From Podarcis pityusensis (lineage: Eukaryota), in the NCBI GenBank assembly GCA_964106645.2, contig OZ067040.1: a stretch of 64,000 bases of DNA; one strand, 5' to 3'. A program made the translations under genes and the position numbers. Shown piece by piece: positions 23,571 through 36,392 of the stretch; the first letter of the stretch is position 1, and every line of letters begins with the position of its first letter. A model generated the notes under the pieces. That model was not told the origin of the DNA and searched no databases. It worked only from the letters and a program-made list of their open reading frames with translations.

Positions 23571-25218
23571 TATGCTTTTTCTACACATTTTGCTCCCAAG
23601 TTAAACCTTGCTTGCTAAATAGCGGAAAGAACTTGCTTTCCTGCAGGACATTGTCAATGTCTAAAATAACTGGTTGCGCCAAAGGGGAAAGAAAATGCTC
23701 CCTTCAAAGGCAGAATGTATTGCCATTCTGCCAAGCGTTTTGGTTCATGGGAACCTAAAGATTCCTCCCTGTAGCATTGGTAAAAGAACATGCAGGCTTG
23801 CTGCTTTCCTGCTGAGCAATATCAGGAGGTAAGCAGGTTAGCTTGTCAGTTCCCTTAAGGAGAAATGGGGAAGTTCACAACACCCAGGAAGAGCAGGCCC
23901 TGTGGGGAAACTATAAAGAGGTTACGCAACAGGGGATCGCAAACGCAGACCGGCTGAACATACTGAGATCCACAGGAGAGCAGACCCTTGTGCCAAAATA
24001 GGATGTGTGTTAGGGAAGAAACCTGTACAGATCTGTTGGTAAAATACAAAGGAGCTTAATCATTTGCAGTTAGTTTTATGAATAGCGGAGGAGGACTGGG
24101 AGAAGACATCGTGGGTGGTTTTTGTGTGCACCGCAATTTTGAGCACTGTAGGGTCTCTGTGTGTGTCTAGGTTTGAGAGAAGTACTGAGGTTTTGCATTC
24201 CTGTTTTTCTTTAGCTTTAAAAATGCTGTGTGTGTGTGCGTTTGTTTGGTTACTGTGAGAACAGGCTGCTGGGGGGAAAGGGCTTTTGGTGATTATACTT
24301 TGTACTGTTGATACAAAGGATACCTGTTATGCGGTGTTTGAAGTGCCAACTGTTTCTTTGCAAAGGAGGAGAATACCAGAACAGGTGAAAAGAGCACTTT
24401 TCTCCCAGCAGAGGAGCAATTGCAGCAAAGTAAGACACCACTCAGTTTAGTTACTATACTGCAGGTGTTAAACCCTTTGTGAAACAGCCATGCTTAAAAG
24501 TACCTTTGCGAAGGGAGTTGGTGAGAAAGCCAGGCCCTGCCATTGGCCAAGACCTGTGACTTCTTAGCAGCCCCAGCAGGTCTAGTGGGTAACAACATCT
24601 GCATTGTTTGCTTAGAAATCTTCCCTAGGCTACTGAGCTTCTATACTGTGTCACAAATGGCTCAGCTCCCCTAGTAAAAATCTTTCCCTACCTCTGACTC
24701 CCAAGAGTTTTCTGACATTTCAGTGGGTGCCCTATGGTTGCCAATAGCAACCAGCAGGTCCTTTCTACAGCCCCCAAGCACCACGTTTCAACCACACTAT
24801 ATATTGTGCAGATTAATGAAACCAAGGCTTACATTATTAATTATAACCATAAATATTCGACCCTTTCCTTACCTGAACTGTGAATGGTTAAGGACTGAAA
24901 CTAGGCAGTCCTCTAATTCACTTCTTAGGTTTAGCACCTGGGGAATAGTATCGTGTGAAAAGTAAACAGCATTGTGTTGCAGGACAGACCCAGCGGACGG
25001 GCTGTTTCAGCATATCCCAAGGTAATACCACTTTAAGCTCCATATAAACTCTTAACAGCTTCTATCCTAAAACTAGACCGTAGGTGGTAGAGTTTTTTAC
25101 GATATGTTATAATAGTGCAATAAATCTGTTAGCTTAAAATCGAATCTCCGTGGCCTTTTAGAGAAATCATCATTAAATGCAAAGCCCTCTTAATGATGCC
25201 ATCCCGGTGAAATTGTTT

Positions 25219-25390
25219 NNNNNNNNNNNNNNNNNNNNNNNNNNNNNNNNNNNNNNNNNNNNNNNNNNNNNNNNNNNNNNNNNNNNNNNNNNNNNNNNNN
25301 NNNNNNNNNNNNNNNNNNNNNNNNNNNNNNNNNNNNNNNNNNNNNNNNNNNNNNNNNNNNNNNNNNNNNNNNNNNNNNNNNNNNNNNNNN
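25219..25390. other. Assembly gap (172 N)
   Basis: Run of N. Confidence 1.
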
Positions 25391-26384
25391 TCCTTTCCCA
25401 TTTAATATGGACACCCAATTAATACCTCAGCACCATAGACAACCTCATTTTAGGTGAATTATAGCAATTCCTTCCCCCTTCTCTGAAATGAAAGTGATCA
25501 CAATACATCATAGCATTGCACGAATTAACGTTAATTGATTCCAGTTACCAAGCATCGATGGGCCACTTCTATAACCTGGGCCTTATTGGGAGCTGGAAGG
25601 GATGGAAGCAAGATTAGATTGCAATGTCCGTTGCTTTGGCGACGGAAGTCACCTGACACCTTGTTAGGTGGTTTGTACGGTTCTATTGCAAACCCCAGTG
25701 GGGTCGTCAGTAAACTGGAGTGATGTCCAAACATCATTACAAGCTGCTTCGATATTAAAGCGAAGGGATTAACACCTTATTGCAAGCAACCTGGATTTGT
25801 CACTGTGCTGTCGTTATCCAATTTCTAGCTGATAATGTGACTATGGCCTGTGGGCACAAGGTCCTCCAGCTAAAAGGAAAGTATAAAAAACATCCAACCT
25901 GCCCAACAGCTAAAGTCGTTTAACCCCTCACCTGCTGTGCTTCCTGCAGATGAGCTATGGTGTTTGTTTGTTTGTAAACTATATTAAAACAGTGGGCAAT
26001 GGCAAAAATGGGGTGGAAAAACTTCCACATTCTGGGGCCTAATTCTTCTCTACCAGGTAGTTATTTTCTGTCAGCTCAGATACTCGTTGTAGTGAACAAA
26101 GACAAAACCCCACTTTTCATAGGCTTAATTTATGTTGATGTTAATACATAGTGACTTTTGAAATGGATTTTCAGTGCACTGAAACAGTCTTACAAATGCC
26201 TGCAAAGTTCTCATAACACAACACCTCCTGGCCATGCCTGAATTTTGAATATTTTCCAGGAGATGGTTTTGTCCTCCTACATGATGCCCAAAATCTCCCT
26301 GACACAGTGCATATGGAAGGCATTGAGGTGTCACTCCTGGCAGGCGTAAGTTGCCAGTGACTCATTTGCATAAAGCAGTGTGCT

Positions 26385-26625
26385 CAACAAAAGCTTGGTA
26401 GACCTTCATCTTGGTAGTGGCCGTTAGCATCACGTTCTCCCATACCTTTTAGAGACGTGAGCCATTGTACAGCTGCCTTGCCAATACACTTGCCCAGCTC
26501 AGCATTGATGGAGAAATTGCTGGTTATGGTGTGACCTAGGTAGACAGAATTGTCTACCTCAAGCGTGTGCTTACCATTGCTGATGCTGGCAATGTCCTGA
26601 CCCAGAATGTTGGTCTTTTTCTTGT
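26385..26625 (-). mobile_element. RTE-clade LINE ORF fragment
   Basis: Translates KKTNILGQ...LEVDNSVYLGHTITSNFSINAELGKCIGKAA, the F/V-YLG-S/H-I motif following the RT core of RTE elements. Confidence 0.8.
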
Positions 26626-26660
26626 TTGTTGTGGAAAGGTGGGAATCTGCTCTATTACTT

Positions 26661-26667
26661 GTGTGTG

Positions 26668-26709
<42 letters not shown>
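26661..26709. repeat. (GT)n(GA)n microsatellite
   Basis: Direct reading. Confidence 0.95.
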
Positions 26710-26711
<2 letters not shown>

Positions 26712-28334
26712 CTAGAATTCCCGGTGAAACTCATTGCTAAACATGGCGCTAAATTTTTCTTCAACTGAGTTGCCTTTGATTAGGTATGTTTGTTTTCCAG
26801 GGCAGAACATTGGAAAGAAGGAGCAATGGTTTTTGTTTGCTTGTTTTGTTTTCTACTAGAATTTAGGGACCTAAAACACGCAATAATTAGACCAGATTAA
26901 TATTGGTTGAAGCCTTGGAGCTGTATTAATTGTTGGGGTGTTGCAGAAAAACATGGCCCTTCACAGAACAAAGATAGATAATTTGATTAAAGGAACCAAA
27001 ATTTGATGTCTATGATGCAAGCACTATTTTATATCTCTTTCTATGCCTTCACAACAGCCATGTAGAAGGCAGAATGTCAACAAAGATAAGTGCGCACAGT
27101 TTTCTCTGTGTTTTGTTTATCAGGGTTGTTTGAATGTATGATGTGCTTGCCTTTAATCCCTGATATGCTGCCCCTTCATCTCTGATATGATTCAATAGTT
27201 TAGGTTGTTTTTAGTAGTCCAGTGCATGGCAAGATGGGAAAGACAACACACACACCCTCAAGAACAATTTGAGCTGCCTGCACAGCTCCCACTACATTTC
27301 TCAGGGTCTGCTGCCACACCTCCTGCACGTTCCTGACTCTTCCTTTTGTGCCCATCTTCTGACTTGGTCAGTCCAGCAGCTGCTATAGAATCAGAGAGCT
27401 AGCTCAGAATTATTGCTTGCATTGATGCTGCTGTGGCAGCCGTCACAGTGGGAGAAATATGTTAATTTTCATTCTGTGGGTCTTGTATTTACAGGTCTCA
27501 CCCTAGTGAGATAAGTGGATTTCCATTGCTCTTGGGCATAAAGTGACAGTGTTGAGTTATAAAGGCCTTTTAGATAGGTTTGCTATGGACAGTAGATATT
27601 AAAAGCAGAGCACAGCTTCAGGGTGATGGCGTACCATGGGGGAATCAGTAATGTGGGAATCAAACCCTTTAATTCTTGTGCACTGATATGAAGTAATTTA
27701 ACCCAAATTAGCTATGGACAGCCAAAAGTGTAACAAGATGATGCATTGTTTAGTGGCAATAATAAACCAGCAACATAATCCTCTGCGTGTTTGCTGAGAA
27801 GTAAATCCCTACTGTGTTGAAGGGGACTTACTTTCAGGAAAGTATACACAGGATTTATACACAGGATTGTGACCTAAGTCAGAATCTGATGTATTTATTT
27901 GCACAATGCCCGAGATATGTCCAAACACAACGTAAAATTCCAAGTAATCAACCATTTTTAAGTAAGCAGCTTACTTAACTATCATTGATCCTGACAGTCT
28001 CTTTGTGCCTTGTCTATGAAAAGGTGATAATTGCACTTCAGCTGGACAAATGTGAAGTCAGAAATGGGTCTGAGTCAGGGAGCAGCAGTTTACTGTACAG
28101 GAAGGCTTGTGTAAACTCTCTCTCATTTCTGACAGGGCCATATTTCTCAAATCCCTTTTCCTTATTAAAAGTATAATTGGGAGTGGCAGCCATGGTGAGA
28201 GCGAAGCATGTAAGCCCTTTGCAAATACTTTACTCATACACTGTCCCCCAGTCATGTCCCCAACATAGCACATGTGACATCGGGGGCAGGACTTCTCAGT
28301 GTGGCCCCATTTCTCATTCATGTGTTTGAACGTG

Positions 28335-28545
28335 ATCCCAGTTCAATCACTGAGATCATCTGTAGGAGTGTCTTTAGTTGTCCCCCCGATTAGTGAGGTT
28401 TATCTGATGTCAACACAAAATCAAACCTTCAGGGTAATCAGTCTAGTCTTGCGAAAAGTTCTTCATAAAAAGATTCAGCAAGCATCTTCAGTTTTACTTT
28501 TTACACATTTGCTGAAAACTTTTCTATGCCACCTAGTTTATACAG
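28335..28545 (+). mobile_element. Old L2 3' fragment
   Basis: ORF 28299-28553 reads PVQSLRSS...LVVP...FRV...LLKTFL, a degenerate L2 C-terminus. Confidence 0.5.
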
Positions 28546-28961
28546 ACAATTAATGTCTGTGTTACAATTTGCTGGTGATTTGCAATTTTGTTTCCATTGT
28601 AGCTATAATTTTTGTACACACAGTTTGATAAGCTGTATATGCTTTTATAAACAAAAAGTGCCTCCATAGAGCTGTTCAGATAACATAGCCAGAGTCGGAC
28701 AAGTGGTTTGGGCTCATTGACTCAAACTAATCTTGGCCATAATTTGAAAGTGATGGTTGTTGTACCACTTGCTTCAGTGAATGAAGGATACAGGAGAGTA
28801 AGCCTTTGGTCTAAGTGCTTCTGTGTTAGCCACTCTTGCGAGGCTCCCCCCACCTGGTGCCCTTCAGATCATCCCTCACCACTGACGACATTGACAGGCA
28901 ATGAAAAGTGCCTTTTACATTAGGATTTACAGCATTACTATTTGACGCGAAGTCCACTTAC

Positions 28962-29973
28962 CTAGAACTTCCCTCTGCTGGAACTGAGGTGGCAGAAACC
29001 ATCACCACTAGGGTATCAACTGGTATTTTGAGGGCATGCTGAAGTTCACCAGTCTGTTGGGCATTGATAAGAGTATTGGCCAAACTTGTCAATCTGTCAC
29101 CTGAAAATGAGGAGGCAAGCTTGTACCTTCGGAAGTGTAATGGCTCACTTATTTCAAGGATCAGCACTCTCAAACCAGTGGATGAATGGGGTGGCAGCAA
29201 GCCCCCCAAAACTGCTGAACCTGTTTGGGTTTTCTGTTGGCTAGCTCTATGGTGAATGAACACACATGACTTCATAGGGGGGCACTGGTGTTTTCTCTTT
29301 GTAGCATTGTCTGCTATGGTATTTAAGGTGCTCTCACTTCCAGATGCGTTGAGGGCTGTTCTGACTTGGTCCCACCCAATCTGTAAAAAAATAGCCAGTC
29401 TTTGAATCACCGCTGCCTCAGCCTCTGCTATAGTGAAAGCAACATGAAGAGAATTATATGTGTGTATTTCAATAGGTTCATCCCAATGAATGGCAACATA
29501 CAGAAGATTCTCATGAAAACTGAAGTAATTGGTTCCCGACACAGCATTTGCCAAGGAAGGTCTGGGAAACGACAAAACTGGTGGCATATAGTTCCCTTTA
29601 ACAAAAACACGGAAGCTTCGTGGCTGATCGTAAAAGATAGCTAAGAGAATCCTTGTAGCGTTGTGATCACTATTTAAGTAGAGTCTTAGTGACCAAGGCA
29701 CTGGACCATTAAAACAAATATTTGAGAGCTTGCTCAATGGCAATATTGAGTAAAATGTTGATGAATGCTCTGTGGCACAGAAGGATCCCCGTGAAGTGGC
29801 TTCACTGAAGGTATCAATGAAGGTGTCGGTCACCAGCACGGGTGGAGAGGGCTTCCAGTTACTGGCATCTGTTTCTGTACTTTCTAAAATCACCACTGCA
29901 TAGTATGTTTCTCTACAGAAATACACATTTGATGACGGTTTGTAGATACACTTTCTGTCTTCTCTGTAAATGC
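28962..29973 (-). CDS. PKHD1: PKHD1 large exon (~exon 61), 1012 nt
   Basis: Acceptor atttaacag|GC, donor TCTAG|gtaagt. Contains the 322-aa ORF 28958-29926 (GIYREDRKCIYKP...STFYSILP...NLLYVAI...FLQIG...AQQTGEL). Phase 1 to 2. Confidence 0.96.
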
Positions 29974-30613
29974 CTGTTAAATAAATAATACATCATCAAC
30001 ACAGACTTGCCAACACTTGTAATTTTGTCACAAGACTTGTAATATGTGACAGACATTTCTCTTTACACAGTCTCTGAAGAGGTAAACAATTGTACAGCTA
30101 CATTATTAGCTTTCATCGAAAGTGTGATTGGGAGACCAGATGCAAGGGCGGGGAAAATATGTGCCTACTCCAAATGACAAGGAAAATTAAAGAGTAAAAC
30201 TGGATGCTGTTTTCAAAAAAAAAAATGCACTTTTTAGATTGAATCCTTTATTCATTTCAAAGTAATAAAATGCATAATTGCATTTCATTAATGTGTTTAG
30301 ACATAAGATTGCTGACTGAGTTGGCACTAATGCAGAAAGCTGATGCCATCTAGGTTCTACAGATGTATCAGTGAAGCATTAGATCACTGAAGGTTCTGAC
30401 TGGAGCAACAAAAAAGAGATGGTTTTTCAGTAGATTTCATCTGGAGGACAAAACTGAGCTATCTTATTCCAGAAAAGAAATTCACTGAAGGAAGAGGTTA
30501 TTATAGCAGTCCCCAAATATTTAAAAGGTGCCATAAAAAGAATCAAATTTATGATAATTCCTTTAAGGATGAACAATGGCATACAACCGATTGCATATCT
30601 GATGTTCTCAGTA

Positions 30614-30822
30614 CAGTGGTACCTCGGGTTACAGATGCTTCAGGTTACAGGCTCCGCTAACCCAGAAATAGTACCTCGGGTTAAGAACTTTGCTTCAGTA
30701 TGAGAACAGAAATCGCGCGGCAGCAGGAGGCCCCATTAGCTAAAGTGGTACCTCAGGTTAAGAACAGTTTCAGGTTAAGGACGGACCTCCGGAACGAATG
30801 AAGTTCGTAACTAGAGGTACCA
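30614..30822. mobile_element. Tigger-like MITE (family of 18478, opposite orientation), right TIR clipped
   Basis: TA-CAGTGGTACCTCGGG...GAGGTACCA, then the final CTG-TA is missing. Confidence 0.88.
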
Positions 30823-31234
30823 ACAAACTACATTTTCCAGAAAAAGCATTATATGGTAGAGGTGGTAAGGAGGAGTTAAAACTCTTTTAAAAAATGGATT
30901 AAGTTCTAATAGGGGTAGTTTTTCTACCAGTGGGGTGGTCTGGGGGCACGTGCAGATTGGCCTAACCTTTCCACTGTGTGGAAGAATATGCCAATGTCTC
31001 AGTTTCTCAGTTTTCCGGTGTTTAACTGAGTTCTTCATATTTTGCATCCATTTGTGATTATTATTATTTTAGTACCAACCACTGAAATGCAGCCCCCAGA
31101 ACATTGGCCATGAGGGTGGGTGTGTTTGTGTGGGTGTGCGCCTGCAACAGAGAGCACAGGAATGAACATAGGATAATTAGGGTAGGACCAAGGAGAGAAA
31201 GCTGAAAATCTCGGGGCCTTTCTGGACATGCAAA

Positions 31235-31740
31235 TCACTGTGTCTAGTTCTGGACACAACAATTTAAGAATGATATTGGCAATCTGGAACGTGTGCAGAA
31301 GAGGGTGATCAGTATGATTGAGGGTCTGGAAACCAAGGTTTATGACGAATGGTTGAGAGGGTTTGAGTGTGTTTAGCCTGGAAAAGAGGAGACTTAGAGG
31401 AGATACGATAGCCATCATCAAATATCTCAAGGGCTATCACATGGAAGAGGGAACAAGCTTGTTTTCTCCTGCTCTGGAGGGTAGGATCGGAACCAATGGC
31501 TTCAAGTTACAAGAAAGGAGATTCAGATTAAACGCCGGGAACAACTTTCTGACGGTAATAATAGCTGTTTGACAGTGGAACCTACTCCCCCAGGAGGTTG
31601 TGGGCTCTCCTTCCTTGGAGGTTTTCAAGCAGGGGCTGGCTGGCCATGTGTCATGGATGCTTTAGTTGAGATTCCTGCATTGCAGGGGGCTGGACTAGAT
31701 GACCCTCAGGGTCCCTTCCAGCCCTAAGATTCAGTGATTC
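31235..31740 (+). mobile_element. CR1 LINE 3' ~500 bp
   Basis: Translates FSLEKRRLRGD...KYLKG...GFKLQERRFRL (CR1 ORF2 end), followed by ggactagatgacc...ccttcca and a degenerate tail. Confidence 0.93.
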
Positions 31741-33694
31741 ACTAGCTACAGAACTGCTGCAGCCTTCCTCATTTGATGCCTTGCAAACAGCTGAGTCAAC
31801 CGTTCCCCTCCCACTGATCATCCCTCTCGCATTTCTCTTGCTGAAGAGGTCCTTCTCCTATTCTGGCATTTGCTAGGATTTGCATTTGTGCAAGCTCCCT
31901 CTTCTGCAAAGAGGTTGCTGGAGTCCTGGTTGGTCCCTTCCTCTTCCTCTGCCCTCCCTCCTTTCAGAATCACCTTTTCTGCCAGTCACAATTTCTGCAG
32001 CCAGCCATTTCGATCACTTTTAAAATGAAACCCACGCTGGCCTTGGTAATCATAATGTCATTTACAATTTACCACAAAACACGTTTATTCAGTTAGCAGC
32101 ACGTTGGAGAAAAGAGAACTCCGTATGAACTCGCCGCTGAAGGCCTAATCTGATTATTTCCTCATGAAAATCCAAGCAGGGGTTCTTGTAAGCGGGGCTG
32201 GGGGGGGAGGGGGGAGAGGTCTGCTCACAGCTGACTCTCATAATCAACACAAATAGATAAGTGACACACCGTGTCAGGGGCAGCGTTTAATCTGCCCTGC
32301 GGCTCTCCTTGCAGAAAAAGGCCAGAGTGGACAGGGCTTAATAAATACTGATTGACCACTGAGTATTGAGGTGACATGTGCTATTTACATTCGAGATGAA
32401 CAATAACAGTGATAAATTCCAGAAGCCTTCCTTCTAAATGGCTAAAATTAAGTTAAGCGGGTTATATATTTCGTGTGCAAAAGTGAGGGGAGGAGAGAAT
32501 TGGGGTTCGCAGATTGGGGTGTGCAGGTGTGGCAAAAAAAGTCAGAAAAGCCAAGAAGATGGCGAGTGCATGAGATAAAACTAATTATATGCGGAAGAGA
32601 GTTTTTTTTTAAAAAAAGAATGTGTGGGGGGCTGTTGTGTTTATGCGCCAACACGCGACACTGAGCACCATGTATGGTGCGATCAATGGCATCAGATGTG
32701 CACATGGGTGTGTTACACAGTAGCCTATTGGGTATTCAAGGGCAGCAAAGTGGAAGTTTGTGTGTGCTCTCTTTTCGTACAATCCTTTTCACATTAATTT
32801 TTCTCTTTCCCCCCCACACAAATTCTAAAAAAGAGCTCCACACCAAATTTGTTATTTTATTTAATTTACTTCTTTCCAAACACTCAGGTTGCTTGCAGGG
32901 TTTCTGACAAATATTAACTTTGTGTCAATATTTGTCCTTCCTGTCGTGAAATGAGGATTTTCCACCTCATTTCACATTTGAAAAGAAAAATATGCCGTTG
33001 GGGTCCTCTTTGCTTAAGAAAAAAAACACCCCACACAATTCGTATCCTTTATTTAGAAAATGGACCAAAAGGGAAGGTTTTTTAAAGTGGGTTTTTTAAA
33101 AAAAAAATATGGATGTTTTACTTAAAGGCATGGAGACTTTCGGTTTTTTACCCAGCTCCCTCACCAATGCCCTCAAAAGTTCTACATTTAAAATTGAATG
33201 AAATACATCAACATTAATGATTTCCCCCTTTAGGTTAGCATCACCATTTCTTTCTACTAATTTCTTCCCCAGTTTATGATAGATTTCACATTGCATACTT
33301 GTAAGGAAAAAATTCGGGAGCATTTGACTAAAACAAAGAGGTGTCATCAAGTTTCTCTAATATGTATTTTATCAAAATAAAATAAATGCCAAGCAGTGTT
33401 TGTTTCCATCTGGCTAGGTTTGCTAGTCACTTATTTCTAATGCTAATATAAATGCAGCTACCATGTTAAAAGCTAAAAGTGGGGACATAATTAATGGCAC
33501 ACTATTTACTCACTGTAGCCTAGTGGCCCTGGGCAAACTATACTCCATAAAGCATACTCCCCCAGAAGTAAGGAAGACAAATAATTCAGTGGACAACTGA
33601 GAGAACCTACATGTTAAGTTTCCCGCCATCTCACAAACTACCTTGTGAGAACTTGCTGTATGAGCTTGTGTGAGAGAAGAAGCAAATGCTGTGT

Positions 33695-33697
<3 letters not shown>

Positions 33698-33737
<40 letters not shown>
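33698..33737. repeat. (TA)n microsatellite
   Basis: Direct reading. Confidence 0.95.
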
Positions 33738-33739
<2 letters not shown>

Positions 33740-35544
33740 AGTAAGGAAGCATCTTGAAGGAGAAAGGTTAAGAATCCCCACCCCTGCAACTGGGTCATGT
33801 CATTTTAGGGGGTGAAACTTAATTTTTGCACATTTCTTCAGTAGTTGATCTTAAAAATATGGTTTCAGGTGTGAGGAATTCAAATCCGCTATTATTTTAG
33901 TTACTGGACAACATTATGCTTGGTAAGTGTACGTTTGTTGAAGAAGGACATACTGTAAACTGCTTTCAGAAAACCAAAGAACTTTTAATTTTACCTTCTG
34001 AAAATGTCAGGTAATGCTTAACAACAACAACAACAACAACAAGTACTAGACAATCATTTTTAATTATTTCTATGCAGTTTTACACACATTCTACCTACAA
34101 GCAAAACTAAATTATAGTAATTTAACCAAAATATCTCTTGAATTCCCAAGTCATGTTACAATTTTTTAGCACTCCTCATTTTTGGAATTTCAAAGTGGAA
34201 AGATTCAGCCTTGGCAAACCCTCCTGCCTTTCCCTCCTGAAGCTGACTGAAGTGAGTGGGTGGTCACTGGAATGATGTGAGATGGGTTTGCATGCAATAT
34301 TTAATTCAGACCTCAGTATTTCAGTATCTCAGTTGAATACCTAGTCACAACCTTCCTCACCACAGTGAATTTAAAGTCTGTTCAAATTATAGCAATTATT
34401 TCTAAATTTTCATAAAGCAGATAAATGGGCGTATACGGATGCAAATCCAAGTTGTTTTTTCAATACACCCAGACTAAATCTGCATGCAAACCAATGTGCC
34501 TGAGGAAAAGGATTCGTGTCCAGAAGTACACATTCCTCCTAGTCCGAAAAGTGAGACTGGAGCCCCTCCACAAGGCCAAGAAGGCAGAGATGAGAAGGAG
34601 TACTCAGTCTTGGCAGAAACCTCTTATTTGCTGAGAGAAAGAAAAGCTCTCACTATTTGTGGCTTGTTTGTTAACATGGGATGAATGTAGCAATTATGCT
34701 AGTGGTTTTCAACCAGTGTGCCTTGAATGACGGTCAGGGGTGCGACGGGCAATGCTGGCCTCTGTTCCCCTTTTCTTCCCTCTCTCCTCGGATGCCCTCT
34801 TGCGTCTCTGCCTCCCAAAGGCTTGCACAGCTGTTGCAGCGGCCCTGGCTACAAGCTCCCCAGGTGAACGGTGCCTCTGGGGCTGGCCAGGGGATGGCCT
34901 CAGAGTAAGAAAGCAAGCGGACGAGGGAGCCCAGCCAGCCAGTCCACCAGCCCTTGCTGTTGGGAATGGACAGACTAGTGGGAGGCTGGGCATGCAGGCA
35001 GGCAGGCAGGCACTGTGCTGGCCTTTCTTGTGCTTGCTGTGTGCAAGGCCTGCCTGGGAGCTGCGTGCCTGGTGCTGCCTCAAGTTCACCACTGGGCAGT
35101 CTACGTTGGGCCACCAAGGCTGGGGGGTATCCTCTTCCCTCTGTGGGGCAGGGTTAGGAGGCACCTCTCTTTGGGGTGGGAGACCAGGGGCAGCAGCAGC
35201 TGCTGCCCAGAGGACTCCCAAGGAGAGGGGAGGGGAGGCTGAGGGAACACTCCACAAGGGAGGGTGTTTGAAAAAGGGTGAGCGGCTGCCAGCTCTGCAG
35301 GCAAGGGGTGACCCAACTGGGCTCCTGAGTCCCATGGGGTGCTGCAGAAAGGATGTAGTTGGTCAAGGGAGCCGTGGACTCAAAAAGGTTGAAAACCTCT
35401 GGATTATGGGATGAATTTTTATTATGCACAGGAGCAAGTCTCCACTCTTGGAATTTTCTTTCCACTTCCTTTTGCTTTCTGGCTGGTCTTATTTCAACAG
35501 TAGCAATTGCTTTGCTTAGCCTACAAGTGGCGTGTGTATAATAA

Positions 35545-35730
35545 ACTTAGGAAGCTTAATTATATTGGGTCAGACCATTAGTCCATTTCACTCAGTCCTC
35601 TCTAAACGGACTAGAATTGGCCCTCCAGTGGTTGGGGCACAGATCTTTCCCAGCTGTACCAGGAAATGCCAGGGATTGAACCTGGAGCCTTCTGCACGCA
35701 GATCAGATGCTCTACACTGAGCTACAGCCC
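35545..35730 (-). mobile_element. tRNA-derived SINE with a CR1-like tail (family of 44461)
   Basis: Reverse complement reads gggctgtagctcagtgtagagcatctg...ggttcaatccctggc. Confidence 0.75.
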
Positions 35731-35861
35731 CTGCCCAGCTTTATACCCCCCAATTTGGAACCAACATTATACCCTCCATTTCCCAACTGCACCTTTTCTC
35801 CCTCATTGTTTTCTGCTGATGGAACATCTCACCACCTGGCAATTGTTGGGCTCCTTCTGAT

Positions 35862-36099
35862 GGTACATGTAAAGAAGATTCCACCTAAACATTAGGAAGA
35901 ACTTCCTGACAGTAAGAGCTGTTCAACAGTGGAATTTGCTGCCAAGGAGTGTGGTGGAGTCTCCTTCTTTGGAGGTCTTTAAGCAGAGGCTTGACAACCA
36001 TATGTCAGGAGTGCTCTGATGGTGTTTCCTGCTTGGCAGGGGGTTGGACTCGATGGCCCTTGTGGTCTCTTCCAACTCTATGATTCTATGATTCTATGA
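35862..36099 (+). mobile_element. Young CR1 3' end
   Basis: aacattaggaagaacttcctgacagtaagagc...(TCTATGAT)n; same subfamily as 1-90. Confidence 0.93.
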
Positions 36100-36151
36100 A
36101 ATAGGAGGAGGAAAACGTGCCTTTGCACTGGCATTTAAGTGATCCCACATA

Positions 36152-36392
36152 CAGTCATACCTTTGTTCTCGAACAGAATCCATTCTAGAAGTCCGTTCGA
36201 CTTCCGAAACATTCAGAAACCAAGGCGCGGCTTCCAACTGGCTGCAGGAACTTCCTGCACTCAATCGGAAGCCGCGTCAGACGTTCAGCTTCCAAAAAAC
36301 ATTTGCAAACCGGAACAATCACTTCTGGGTTTGTGGTGTTTGGGAGCCAAAACATTCAAGTCACAAGGAGTTCAAGAACCAAGGTATGACTG
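36152..36392. mobile_element. Tigger/pogo-like MITE
   Basis: TA TSD; TIR CAGTCATACCTT...AAGGTATGACTG. Confidence 0.88.

Noticed and set aside
25129-25422. ORFs full of X
   Set aside because: Artefacts of the N gap.
28958-29926. 322-aa ORF as a stand-alone gene
   Set aside because: It is an internal PKHD1 exon: the start is a GTG inside the exon and the stop lies in the splice donor.
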